Assembly: GCA_041577295.1 (NCBI GenBank) | Contig: JBFGJG010000009.1 | Span: 1-64,000, forward strand | Source of the DNA: Gemmatimonadales bacterium | GTDB lineage: Bacteria > Gemmatimonadota > Gemmatimonadetes > Gemmatimonadales > GWC2-71-9 | DNA length: 64,000 nt | Reading direction: 5' to 3' | In this document: piece by piece, positions 51,038-60,959 of the stretch | Layout: every line of letters starts with the position of its first letter | How positions within the stretch are numbered: the first letter of the stretch is position 1 | Notes under the pieces: model-generated | The model's database searches: none | Seen by the model: the letters and a program-made list of their open reading frames with translations, nothing else | Told to the model about the DNA's origin: nothing | Position numbers and translations under genes: made by a program

Positions 51038-52378
51038 ATGCGCCCAATCTACCGTTTCGCTACCCTCATCTTGCCCCTGCTGGCCAGCTCGCTCATCGTG
51101 GGCTGCGATCCCGATCCCCTACGGGGATACTTCGTCGGTCAGACCCCCCGCGATCACTATGAAGCGGCGCTAAAAACGGCTGGTCTGGCGCACACCGCGC
51201 TCGCACGAGATTGGTTGGCGGCGGGTGAGCGCGCTCTCGTACTCGCAACCACGGTGGAATCGCCGTATCAGGAAGTGGGATATCTCGACCCAGCAGATCC
51301 GCGGGCGGACGCCTACCGTTTGGACCTGCGCCGGGGGGAGCGGCTCGTGGCGCGCGTTGACGCGGAAAGCGCCGAGCCGGCGCAATTCTTCGTCGACTTG
51401 TTTGTGCTTTCTGAGACCAGAGAGACACGAGATCCGGTGTTGCTCGCCACGGCTGACACGGCCTCCCGTACGCTCGACTATGTGACCCGGCGGGACGGTA
51501 TCTATCTCCTTCGCATTCAGCCGGAGCTGCTGCGGGGCGGCCGCTACTCGCTCTCCATCGATGTCAGTGCGTCGCTCGACTTTCCGGTTGTGGGGGGGGA
51601 CACTCGCGCCATTCGGAGTGGATTTGGCGCACCGAGAGATGCGGGCCGTCGTGAGCACCACGGGGTCGACATCTTCGCTCCGCGGGGCACACCGGTGCTG
51701 GCAACATCGCGTGGGCGTGTGAGTTGGGTCGGGACCACCGGTCTGGGTGGGAACGTGGTGTGGGTTCGGGATGGTGAGATGGGATACGCCCTGTATTATG
51801 CCCATCTCGACCGCCAGGCGGTGAGCCGCGGTGACGTCGTGCAACCCGGTGACACCATTGGCTTCGTCGGCAACTCCGGGAACGCTCGCACGACCCCCCC
51901 ACATTTGCATTTTGGGATCTACGTGAGAGGAACGGGCCCCGTCGATCCGTACCCGTTTCTGTTTCGTCCGGACGAAATGGCTCCGCCATTGTTTGCTAAC
52001 GATCGCGCGCTGGGTGATTTCGTCCGGGTATCGAGAGATGCTGTCCCGTTACACGCCGCACCGTCGCCGCGGGCCGCCGCGATGACCGAGCTGTCACGAC
52101 ACACCGTTCTGAAAGTCCTTGGTGCGGCAGGAACGTGGTATCGGGTGTCTCTCCCCGATGGCGCTGCCGGGTTCGTCGCTGCCCGGCTGACCGAGCTCGC
52201 CGCACGCCCCATCCGGTTTGCGCTAGTCGAAGACGGCTCAGTGGTGCGGGAGCTGCCGCTGCCTGACGCTACCCCCGTCGACAGCGTCGATGGGGAGGTA
52301 CCGGTCCACGGCGAGTTTGGCCGCTTCGTCTACGTCACGACCCCCCGCGGTCGGTCCGGTTGGGTTCGCGTCGAGTAG
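51038..52378 (+). CDS. M23 peptidase lipoprotein with PPC-like and SH3-like domains
   Basis: Lipobox IVGC; HHGVDIFAPRGTPV, YAHL, PHLHFG; WYRV..GFV SH3b-like segment. Confidence 0.88.
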   Translation: MRPIYRFATLILPLLASSLIVGCDPDPLRGYFVGQTPRDHYEAALKTAGLAHTALARDWLAAGERALVLATTVESPYQEVGYLDPADPRADAYRLDLRRGERLVARVDAESAEPAQFFVDLFVLSETRETRDPVLLATADTASRTLDYVTRRDGIYLLRIQPELLRGGRYSLSIDVSASLDFPVVGGDTRAIRSGFGAPRDAGRREHHGVDIFAPRGTPVLATSRGRVSWVGTTGLGGNVVWVRDGEMGYALYYAHLDRQAVSRGDVVQPGDTIGFVGNSGNARTTPPHLHFGIYVRGTGPVDPYPFLFRPDEMAPPLFANDRALGDFVRVSRDAVPLHAAPSPRAAAMTELSRHTVLKVLGAAGTWYRVSLPDGAAGFVAARLTELAARPIRFALVEDGSVVRELPLPDATPVDSVDGEVPVHGEFGRFVYVTTPRGRSGWVRVE

Positions 52379-52389
52379 CGCCGTGTGAT

Positions 52390-54351
52390 TCAGCCGGAGG
52401 TTATCACGGCAATAATCTCGTCGTCGTCTCCGAGCCGCCAGGTCGCGTGAGGGTCCGGGTTGAGCTGAGGCCGGCTCTGCGCACTCTCCGCCTTCTCGAA
52501 GACCCCGATCGCGATCTCACCCCGTTGGATCGACTCTTCCGCAATTCGCCAAAAGTCCACCTCTTGACCTGCCAGTCCGTAGTCTCCTGGGTGCCGGAAG
52601 GTGATTTCGGCACCACCCGCCGTGAACAGCTCGTCGAATACCGCACGCAGTTCCCGACGAAGCGCCACTTGCGCGAGCATATGGCTGATGATCTGGGGGC
52701 TGATGATGACTTCCCCAGGGCGGTGACCCAGCAACGGCATGTTCTCGGGATCGAGTAGCTCCACCAGCACGTTGGGCCGTTGTGGCGCACCCTCTAGTAG
52801 CTCCTGGAGCACGAGATACCCAACGATGGTTCGCGCGTCGGATTCGGTACCGGTGCGCAACCAATCACTCCCGATCAAAACGATGTTGGCGTACGTCATA
52901 GGCTCGACCCGAGCCAGCTCGACATGCACGGTGTAGTCCGCCTCGATGTGACGCACGTGTACGCTGGTCTGGTCGAACTCATACCGACCCACCTGCGTCT
53001 CCCGCCGCTCGATGGGGACAGTCGAGACGACGTCGAGCGCGAACTGCTCGTCCCGGTAACTCGCAAACTCCTTGATGAGCGCCGGCACCTTGTGACTCCA
53101 GCCCAGAACCAGCACGCGGTGAAGTCCGTCTGAAACCGTTTGCGGTACGCGATGTCCGGCGGTGGAAACTCCATGCCCTGCGGGGGGTGTCGCGATCGTC
53201 TCAGGTGGCGAAGTGTCCTCATAGCTGTTGGCTACGAATACGAGCCGGTCGCCTTCCTGCACCCGCACGTCCAGACCCGGATTCAGCAGCGCGCGAAACG
53301 AACGACCCCTCGGACGAGCAATCCCGAGCAACACCGTTCGTGGGAAGAGCGGCCCCAACGCGCGAACGGGCCGACCCATGAAGCGGTCGGCTTCCCGCAC
53401 GTAGATCTCACATCCTTGTTTATGAGTCAGCAGCTCGGTGTAGACATACGACAACCCACGATGTCGCACATTCTGCGCGATGAGCCGGCTCACGAGCGCA
53501 TCGCTGGCGATAACCTCGATGGGTCCGCTGTACGCACGTTCCGCGACGACCACCTTGCGCGCGTCGAGGATCTCCGCGACCACGGGTGGACGTTCTGCAT
53601 TACCAGCCAACGCGGGATGATTGCTGACCGATAGTAACGTCTTGATCGTGCGCGTGTCCGTGGTCCCGGGACCTCCGTCGGAGAATTCCGCCGCGGGGAT
53701 GATGATGGTCAAGGCATGCGAGAAGTCGGCTCGTTCGAGGTGCTCTGGTCTGAGCGGGTTCCCCGACCGCATGGTGATTTGACGAGGATTCCAGCGGCCG
53801 TCCAGTCGGTCACGCAGCTCTTGAAGGAGACGTGCCGTCACCTCTTCGGCGAGGATCACCAGGTGAAGGGAGTGCGCACCGTGGAGACGCAGGAATCGCT
53901 TGACCCTTCCCTCCGAAAGCAGGAGCTCATGTGCGATGGTTGGCGTTCGGCCCGTCCAGCCGAGAATCAGCACGTGATCGTTCCGCGCGACCGGGGTGAC
54001 ACCGCTCTCGAGCCGTCGCATCGTAGCCTGGAGCCACTGCGTCAGGATGGCCACCAGGGCACCGAGGAACACGACGTATCCGAGCACGGTGAGGATCGTC
54101 GAAACGGTGCGTCGTACCATACCACTGTCGTCCCCTAGATACCCCGGGTCGGATAGCCGGAGAAACGCCCACCACACCGCCCCTCCCACCCCGCCGAACG
54201 CCTGTCCCTCCTCGACCAAAACCAGCGCGCCACCGACCACGGAAATGAGACCGATGAGCGCCGCCACCACCAGAAGCTGGTAGTGGGCGCCACGAACAAA
54301 GAGCTGTTCGAGACGAAACTGCATACGATGAATTACACGTCGGAAGGTCAT
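52390..54351 (-). CDS. CASTOR/POLLUX-like ion channel
   Basis: TM-pore (WWAF..SDPG)-TM, two RCK domains (HVLILGW, VLVLGW), EIY motif, DARTI. Confidence 0.82.
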   Translation of the reverse strand: MTFRRVIHRMQFRLEQLFVRGAHYQLLVVAALIGLISVVGGALVLVEEGQAFGGVGGAVWWAFLRLSDPGYLGDDSGMVRRTVSTILTVLGYVVFLGALVAILTQWLQATMRRLESGVTPVARNDHVLILGWTGRTPTIAHELLLSEGRVKRFLRLHGAHSLHLVILAEEVTARLLQELRDRLDGRWNPRQITMRSGNPLRPEHLERADFSHALTIIIPAAEFSDGGPGTTDTRTIKTLLSVSNHPALAGNAERPPVVAEILDARKVVVAERAYSGPIEVIASDALVSRLIAQNVRHRGLSYVYTELLTHKQGCEIYVREADRFMGRPVRALGPLFPRTVLLGIARPRGRSFRALLNPGLDVRVQEGDRLVFVANSYEDTSPPETIATPPAGHGVSTAGHRVPQTVSDGLHRVLVLGWSHKVPALIKEFASYRDEQFALDVVSTVPIERRETQVGRYEFDQTSVHVRHIEADYTVHVELARVEPMTYANIVLIGSDWLRTGTESDARTIVGYLVLQELLEGAPQRPNVLVELLDPENMPLLGHRPGEVIISPQIISHMLAQVALRRELRAVFDELFTAGGAEITFRHPGDYGLAGQEVDFWRIAEESIQRGEIAIGVFEKAESAQSRPQLNPDPHATWRLGDDDEIIAVITSG

Positions 54352-54488
54352 GGGCTCTCGATCGAATCGTCGTGGCCAATGAGCGACGCCGTCTTGCACG
54401 CATCAGACGGCCCTCACAAGGTACGAGATCAGCCGGTTGTTGCGCGATGGTAGGGGGTGGGGGTGGGAATGGGCTGCTACACGAAATC

Positions 54489-54519
54489 ACTCACCCGGGA
54501 CGGTTCGGCCCGGGTGAGT
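54489..54519. terminator. stem-loop, possible terminator
   Basis: ACTCACCCGGG-9 nt-CCCGGGTGAGT followed by TTT on the + strand. Confidence 0.5.
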
Positions 54520-54569
54520 TTTAAGCAGGTTGGCCATGCACTACGTCAAGAAACGGTCTGCTCGATCGC

Positions 54570-54944
54570 TCAACCAGTCTCCCACCACGCGACCACGCCG
54601 TGGTGGCCGCAGTGGTAACAATGAATGAATTCAGGTTGGCCGAGCAACCGGACTCGATTGGCACAGGACGGACAGACGGCGTACTTCCTCCCGAGATCCG
54701 ATCCGGTGCCCTGGGCCGGGTTGCGCTCACCCGAACCACGGTAGACCACGGTGAACTTCTCTGGTCGCGCGTCCCGGAGCTCCACGAGATGCTTCGGCAC
54801 CATCACATACCGCTCCCGCACGTCCAGCATGACGAATGTCGACCCGTGATTCACGACCGGATACCATGCGCCTTGTCGCAGCATTGGATCGGTCTTGGGT
54901 CGGGCGATGGCCCAGGCACGGGCCCAGTCGTGAGGCTGTGGCAT
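54570..54944 (-). CDS. hypothetical protein with C-terminal zinc ribbon
   Basis: CPSC...CYHC; fills the gap between ppc and the channel gene. Confidence 0.7.
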   Translation of the reverse strand: MPQPHDWARAWAIARPKTDPMLRQGAWYPVVNHGSTFVMLDVRERYVMVPKHLVELRDARPEKFTVVYRGSGERNPAQGTGSDLGRKYAVCPSCANRVRLLGQPEFIHCYHCGHHGVVAWWETG

Positions 54945-55059
54945 GTCGTCGTATCGAGTTGGAGAAGCCAGTTGATGTCGGTGCTACAAGATGACGTGCC
55001 GGATCGCCGAGTGCTGTGATGGACACCACAGGGGAATAGTGCCTGGCTGCCGCCGAAGG

Positions 55060-57774
55060 TTACCCCGTGTTCCGCAGGCCCTGAGCGATCCCGTTCACAG
55101 TGGATAGGAGGGCCTGTAACAGGGCGTCATCGGTCCGGTTCGAACCCCTCCATCGCTCGAGCAGATCGACCTGGAGCAGGCTCATTGGGTCGACATACGG
55201 GTTTCGCAAGCGGATGGAACGCTGAAGGACGGGATCCTGGTCGAGCAACGCGCTCGTCCCCTTGAGGCGCAGCACGAGCTCGACGGTGCGTTCATACTCG
55301 GCACGGATCAGACCGAAGACTCGCTTCCCTGCCGGCCCAGCTAAAGCGGCATAATGAGCCGCAATGAGCATGTCGGCCTTAGCCAGCACCATTTCGGCAT
55401 CGTCAATGAGCCCGCCGAGGAATGGCCAGCTCTGGACGGCGGCGGCCACCGGGTCGCGTCCGTGAACCGCCACCGCCGCGGCGAGGCCCGCGCCCAGACC
55501 ATACCATCCCGGGAGCAGATGACGACTCTGCGTCCAGGCAAAGACCCAGGGGATAGCGCGTAAGTCATCGATTCCATGGCCTGATCGGCGGGAGGGGGGT
55601 CGGGACCCGATGGTCATCCGCTCGATCACATCGATGGGGGTTGCCGAGCGGAAGTACTCGAGGAACTCTCCATCCTGATACACCAACTCCCGGTAGGAGG
55701 CGCGGCTGTGCTCGGCAATGGCGTTCATGATGGCAACAGACCGACCTTCCGGAGTTCCGGTTCCGTGGCTCGAGCCAGCTATCGCCGTGGCTCCCAGCGC
55801 GCGCTCGAGCGTGCGAAACGCGATCCACTGCATCCCGTAGTTTGCGTGTATGACCTCGCCTTGCTCGGTGAACCGCAATCCACCACATACGGCCTTGGGT
55901 GGCCCGGCGAGCACAGCGCGATAGAGCTTCCCACCACCCCGACTGATCGTCCCTCCGCGGCCATGGAAGATCGTCAACCGACACTGATGATCGTCCGTCA
56001 CGTTGGCCAACGCGCCCTGAGCCCGCTGGACCGCCCAACGGGAGGCAGCAAGACCACCGTCCTTGTTGCTATCGGAGTATCCGATCATGACGATCTGCCG
56101 GTTATCACGCGCAGCGAGGTGTCGGCGGTAGACGTCCGATCGATAGAGCTCGGTCATGATGCGTGGCGCCGCATCGAGATCAATCACGGTCTCGAACAGG
56201 GGTGCGACATCTAACGGGATCTTCCCCTCCCCTGACGCGAGCCCAGCCCATCGCGCCAACAAGAGCACCGAGAGGACGTCGTCCGCTCCCTCAGTCATGC
56301 TGATGATGAACGGTCCAATGGCCCCTCGTCCGTAGCGAAGCCGAGCTCGGCCGATGGCAGAAAAGACTGCGAGGGTCGAGTCGATCTCGGGGTCTTTCGT
56401 GGCCGGCATTCTGGTTCCGCTCGCAAGTGCCGTCTCCAGCGCCTCGAACCGCTCGCGTGAGGAGCGCTTGGCCCACTGCTCGTCTCCGAGGAGCCGACCG
56501 AGCACCGAGCGGTGTACTTCTGCGTTCTGACGAACATCCAATACGGCCAGGTGGAAGCCAAACGTTTCCACCCTTCGTATGAGCCGTCGCACGGCAAATA
56601 GTCCGGCGTGCTGGCCTCGATGATTCTCCAGACTGCTGGCGATCAACCGGAGATCTTGCAGGAAACGGTCGGGCCCGGGATACGCGCCGAGGCCATCCTT
56701 GCCGGTCGCCACGATGCACTCTGCCATGAGAGTGATGAGCAAGCGATACGGCATGTCGCGGTGCCGGGGCGGCACGGCAGCCATGACCTCTGGGTGGAAC
56801 TCGCCATACTTGGTGATCCGCTCGGTAATGGCCGGATCGATATCGACTCGACTCGTGGACTGGCTGAGATGGCGTGCCAGGCGTCGGAGATCCGCGCGGT
56901 ATCGCTCTAGGACAACGGCGCGATGGCGGACCAACGCCTGCTGGATGGTTTGGGCGCTGACGTTGGGATTGCCATCCATGTCCCCTCCGACCCACGAGGC
57001 AAACCGCAGCAAGGTGGGCAGGCGCTCGACGGGCGCGTCCCGACCGTACACGGCTCGCAATGCATCGCTCAACACCTCGTACAGCAACGGAATCACGTGG
57101 TACACGATCTCAGCCACGTAGTAGGTCACGTGCTCGAGCTCGTCCATCACGGTGGGCCGCTCTCGCGGGTGCTCCTCGGTCTGCCAACCAGACGTCACCT
57201 CGTCGCGAATTCGCCCCAGTAAGCGGTGCTCCTCCGCCGGCGTTCGCGCTGGATTGAGGCGTTCGATCAAGCACGTGGCGATGTGCTGTTCCTTGTCCAG
57301 GAGGGTCCGACGGGTGGCTTCGCTCGGGTGGGCCGTGAAGACCGGCTCTACACGGAGACCGGTCAGAAGCGTGAGGGTTTCTTCGAATGTCATGCCCTGA
57401 TTCGCCAGCTGGCGGATGGTGTGCTCGAGGCTCGCCGGCTGTGGACCAGTACCTTCCCGAAGGTAATCTCGTCGTCGTCTAATCCGATGTACTTGCTCGG
57501 CCAAGTTGACGACGGTGAAGTACGTCGAGAATGCGCGGACCAACTCCTCGGCCTCCTCGCCGCGGAGCGAACTGACGATCTTGACCAAGGTGGCTTGGCC
57601 CTCGGGAGCTTGTTCACGCCGCTGGATAGCCGCAAGGCGAGCGGTCTCGACGCGTTCGAACAACGCCTCCCCACCCTGCTCCCGAATGACGTCGCCCACC
57701 AAGGCACCCAACACCCGCACGTCATCACGCAAAGGAGTGTCCTTGGCGCTGAATTGGACGTCGCGTTGGCTCAT
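55060..57774 (-). CDS. ppc: phosphoenolpyruvate carboxylase
   Basis: VFTAHPSE, SWVGGDMDGNP, MIGYSDSNKDGG, FHGRGGTISRGG, LRAIPW, C-terminal LRNTG. Confidence 0.97.
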   Translation of the reverse strand: MSQRDVQFSAKDTPLRDDVRVLGALVGDVIREQGGEALFERVETARLAAIQRREQAPEGQATLVKIVSSLRGEEAEELVRAFSTYFTVVNLAEQVHRIRRRRDYLREGTGPQPASLEHTIRQLANQGMTFEETLTLLTGLRVEPVFTAHPSEATRRTLLDKEQHIATCLIERLNPARTPAEEHRLLGRIRDEVTSGWQTEEHPRERPTVMDELEHVTYYVAEIVYHVIPLLYEVLSDALRAVYGRDAPVERLPTLLRFASWVGGDMDGNPNVSAQTIQQALVRHRAVVLERYRADLRRLARHLSQSTSRVDIDPAITERITKYGEFHPEVMAAVPPRHRDMPYRLLITLMAECIVATGKDGLGAYPGPDRFLQDLRLIASSLENHRGQHAGLFAVRRLIRRVETFGFHLAVLDVRQNAEVHRSVLGRLLGDEQWAKRSSRERFEALETALASGTRMPATKDPEIDSTLAVFSAIGRARLRYGRGAIGPFIISMTEGADDVLSVLLLARWAGLASGEGKIPLDVAPLFETVIDLDAAPRIMTELYRSDVYRRHLAARDNRQIVMIGYSDSNKDGGLAASRWAVQRAQGALANVTDDHQCRLTIFHGRGGTISRGGGKLYRAVLAGPPKAVCGGLRFTEQGEVIHANYGMQWIAFRTLERALGATAIAGSSHGTGTPEGRSVAIMNAIAEHSRASYRELVYQDGEFLEYFRSATPIDVIERMTIGSRPPSRRSGHGIDDLRAIPWVFAWTQSRHLLPGWYGLGAGLAAAVAVHGRDPVAAAVQSWPFLGGLIDDAEMVLAKADMLIAAHYAALAGPAGKRVFGLIRAEYERTVELVLRLKGTSALLDQDPVLQRSIRLRNPYVDPMSLLQVDLLERWRGSNRTDDALLQALLSTVNGIAQGLRNTG

Positions 57775-57779
57775 CGCGC

Positions 57780-58883
57780 TCAGACCGGATCCCGGGATGA
57801 TCCCGGCGTACGAAGGGCCCGAAACATCAGGACACCCAGTGTCAGCATCGTGAGCGGGATGACAAACAGCATCATCACACGGCTGAATGCGGGAAGGAGA
57901 TCGTGGCCAGTGGCATCCAGCGCCAGGTATAGAACGTAAATCACATAGTAGCCGAGAAAGAGGGCGCCTTCCCATCGTGAGATGCGGTGGCCTGTGAAAA
58001 AGATGGGCAAGCATGCCACGGCGACCACGGTCATGACCGGGATGTCGAACCGGCTCGCCGCACTGGAGACGGCGATCCCCCGAGGGCTGAGCGCGGCCGC
58101 GAGCCCCAATACGCCGAAGATGTTGAAGATGTTGCTGCCCACGACATTGCCCACCGCGATATCGCGCTCGCCCCGAATCGCGGCGATGATCGACGTCGCC
58201 ACCTCCGGCAGAGACGTTCCCGCTGCGACGATGGTCAGCCCGATGATCAGCTCGCTCACGCCGAGGGCGCGCGCCATGGTTCCCGCACCATCGACCAACC
58301 ACCCCGCACCGAGCACGAGCATTGCGAGCCCGGCAATCACGAACCCTACCTGCACTGCGAGGGCGCTTGCGGTGGTTCGATGCCTAGCGTCCGGGTTCCC
58401 GTGGCCGAATTCGCCCTGCACTTGTTGGGATGCAAGGCGAGACTGGTTGATGGACCACACCGTGTAGGCGATCAGGACTGCGGTCAACAAGAGTCCTTCC
58501 ACACGTCCCACCTCACCGTTACTGCCCAAAATCCACAGCGCGACGGACGCACCGATCATTAACGGGACATCCAGGCGGACGAGCTGTGCGTGGACGACAA
58601 GGGGCGCGATGACCGCCGCGATGCCGAGAATGAACAGCACGTTGAAGATGTTGCTGCCTACGACATTCCCCACGGCGAGGTCGGGCTGCCCAGCCAGAAC
58701 TGCGCGAACGCTCACCGCCAGCTCGGGCGAGCTGGTGCCAAACGCAACCACGGTGAGGCCAATGACGAGCGGAGAGATCCCGAGCGTGGCTGCGAGACGG
58801 GACGCGCCGCGCACCAGTAGCTCGGCCCCCACAACCAGGATCAGCAGACCGAGCAGAAAGATCAAAACGGCAAGTGCATTCAT
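57780..58883 (-). CDS. Ca2+/Na+ antiporter (YrbG/CaCA family)
   Basis: Alpha repeats GTSSPE and GTSLPE, each followed by GNVVGSNIFN. Confidence 0.94.
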   Translation of the reverse strand: MNALAVLIFLLGLLILVVGAELLVRGASRLAATLGISPLVIGLTVVAFGTSSPELAVSVRAVLAGQPDLAVGNVVGSNIFNVLFILGIAAVIAPLVVHAQLVRLDVPLMIGASVALWILGSNGEVGRVEGLLLTAVLIAYTVWSINQSRLASQQVQGEFGHGNPDARHRTTASALAVQVGFVIAGLAMLVLGAGWLVDGAGTMARALGVSELIIGLTIVAAGTSLPEVATSIIAAIRGERDIAVGNVVGSNIFNIFGVLGLAAALSPRGIAVSSAASRFDIPVMTVVAVACLPIFFTGHRISRWEGALFLGYYVIYVLYLALDATGHDLLPAFSRVMMLFVIPLTMLTLGVLMFRALRTPGSSRDPV

Positions 58884-58895
58884 GACCCTCCTACG

Positions 58896-58936
58896 CCAAC
58901 AGCCTCCGCAGGCCGATGAACTGCGGAGGCTGTTGG
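58896..58936. other. perfect 16-bp intergenic stem-loop without a U tract
   Basis: CCAACAGCCTCCGCAG-9 nt-CTGCGGAGGCTGTTGG. Confidence 0.7.
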
Positions 58937-58958
58937 TGGGTGCAGTGCTGTACCGATC

Positions 58959-59459
58959 TTAGCGCTTCGCGTAAACGGTCCGGTTGCCCTCACGGTCAAA
59001 TGCGATGACCTCGTACGAGTCTTTCCGCGACCCTTCCATACCAGGCGATCCCATTGGCATACCCGGTACGGCCAGTCCCGCGGCTGCTGGCCGTTCAGCG
59101 AGGAACTGTTTGATCACGTCCGCTGGTACGTGCCCCTCGATGACGTATCCATCGACGATCCCGGTGTGGCAGGAAAAAAGATCCCGCGGCACGCCAGAAG
59201 TTTGCTTGACCTCGGTGACATCCTGTACGTCCTTCGAGGTCACCACGAAGCCGTTTTGCTCGAGGTGCTCCACCCAGAGTGTGCAGCAGCCGCAGGTGGG
59301 TGATTTGTACACCAGCATCTCAGGCGCGGACTCAGCGGCGTCTCCGGAAGCCGCGATGTTCGGCCCTTGCTCGACGCTTCGAGCATCCGCACCGGTGCAG
59401 GCGTGAAGTGGTAGGAGCATCACCGCTGCCCCCGCCAACGCCAATAGCTTAGAAGTCAT
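58959..59459 (-). CDS. DUF411 (CopG-like) metal-binding lipoprotein
   Basis: YKSPTCGCC, SCHT, EGHVP, GLAVPGMPMGSPGMEG; lipobox LHAC. Confidence 0.9.
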   Translation of the reverse strand: MTSKLLALAGAAVMLLPLHACTGADARSVEQGPNIAASGDAAESAPEMLVYKSPTCGCCTLWVEHLEQNGFVVTSKDVQDVTEVKQTSGVPRDLFSCHTGIVDGYVIEGHVPADVIKQFLAERPAAAGLAVPGMPMGSPGMEGSRKDSYEVIAFDREGNRTVYAKR

Positions 59460-59504
59460 CTCTCACCTTACTGTTTCAGGTAACTATCCCCTCTGTCCCC
59501 TCTA

Positions 59505-60959
59505 TCAATTTGGTATCCCCCGCCCGTGACACGCCGAGCACATCTCCGGATTGCGGCGGCGCAGGCGGCTCGCGTCGAAGTCAGCACCGTGCGGATTGAA
59601 GCGGCGGCCCCCCTGGGCCGAGTGGCAAGTTAAACAATCTCGCTCCGTGTGGCACGAGACGCAGGACTCGAGGTTTTGGCGAGCAGCCGGGCCGTGACCC
59701 AGGATGAAGTTGCCCTTTGCATCGTGATACCCCGCACCCAACCGGCGTTCCGCAACGAGGCCAGCGCTCGCATGGCATGCGGCGCAGAACTGGGTTTGGT
59801 TGTGACAGTCACTGCACGAGGTTTCCCGCGCATAGGCAGCCGCCGGATGTCGGCTCGAAAAGCCTACTGGATGATAGCCTGCAGAGCCCGCCGCTGCACT
59901 TGGCCGATGGCAGTCGAGGCAATCCGAGCGTACATGGCAGGCGGCACACGTCTGGGGTGCCGCGGCGGCCTGGGCGCCGTGACGATCGCTAAACGCGGCC
60001 GCCAGATGGCTGGCCGGCGCCATTCGAACAACGAGCGCACCACTGCCACGATCAGGCCCCGATTGATACATCGTGCTGACACTTGGCGGTGGAGACAAGT
60101 GACACTCGATGCAGCTCTCTTGCGTATGACACGTGCGACACTCGGCCGGATTTTCCTCGATGACTCGCCCATGTGTTTTGAGAAAGGTGTTGTCCGCGTG
60201 ATCGGCTGGTGCCTCGAGGAGCGCGGTATGCACCAGCGATCGTGGATCCTGCTCGAGCGCTTGAATGGCCTTTTGCTCAGGGGCGTCAACATGACATTGG
60301 ACGCAGAAGTCTCTGGCGTGGCAGGTAGCACACGCCACGGCCACGCCGCCAGGAACCGCGGGAGCATCGATGGGATCGTATCCAAGCAGACCGTGACCAC
60401 TCCTGCCGCCAAACTCCGGCTCGTCATGCGATGGCGGCGCGGGGAAGTCAGCGATATCGGCCTCGGTGAGCTTCACTGCGCGCGCCAGTGGAACATGGCA
60501 CAGCGCACAGTCGGTTTCGGCCGCGGCGTAGTGGGTCTCTCGTATCTCATGGCAGTCGAGGCACTGCTCTGCGACAGCGAGCTGGACGTAGAGCCACGCG
60601 CTGTCGGGGAAGGAATGGCAGTCGATGCAGCGCGCGGGTTCGTCACCGGCGGCCCGGAGCGTGTCCGCGTGTTCGAAATGGTCGAACCGCAGGTTGGTGC
60701 GCGGCGAGTCGAGCGGCTTGGCCCAGTCGACGATCTCCTCGACCTGACCGTCGTGACACTCCACGCACGAGACGGAATCCGGGTACATGGCAGCCCCGGG
60801 TTGCTCCGCACCGACGTGACACGTTACGCAAGTCGGGAAGAGTCCTCGATGCTCCACGTGATCGAAGGAGTCCTGTGCGGGACGACTGGCGAGGAGGAGG
60901 CCGACGCCCAAGACAGCGAAACCGGTGACGCCGCTGGTGACAAGACGCCAGCGCCTCAC
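59505..60959 (-). CDS. 16-heme c-type cytochrome
   Basis: 16 CxxCH motifs counted; N-terminal signal/anchor; GTG overlaps the porin stop. Confidence 0.9.
   Translation of the reverse strand: MRRWRLVTSGVTGFAVLGVGLLLASRPAQDSFDHVEHRGLFPTCVTCHVGAEQPGAAMYPDSVSCVECHDGQVEEIVDWAKPLDSPRTNLRFDHFEHADTLRAAGDEPARCIDCHSFPDSAWLYVQLAVAEQCLDCHEIRETHYAAAETDCALCHVPLARAVKLTEADIADFPAPPSHDEPEFGGRSGHGLLGYDPIDAPAVPGGVAVACATCHARDFCVQCHVDAPEQKAIQALEQDPRSLVHTALLEAPADHADNTFLKTHGRVIEENPAECRTCHTQESCIECHLSPPPSVSTMYQSGPDRGSGALVVRMAPASHLAAAFSDRHGAQAAAAPQTCAACHVRSDCLDCHRPSAAAGSAGYHPVGFSSRHPAAAYARETSCSDCHNQTQFCAACHASAGLVAERRLGAGYHDAKGNFILGHGPAARQNLESCVSCHTERDCLTCHSAQGGRRFNPHGADFDASRLRRRNPEMCSACHGRGIPN

Noticed and set aside
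57775..58302. 1080-aa extended Ppc
   Set aside because: The extension lies inside the antiporter gene in another frame; ATG at 57774 gives a normal length.
58959..59459. DUF411 as part of the cytochrome conduit
   Set aside because: It has its own RBS and is usually linked to copper resistance; adjacency alone is insufficient.
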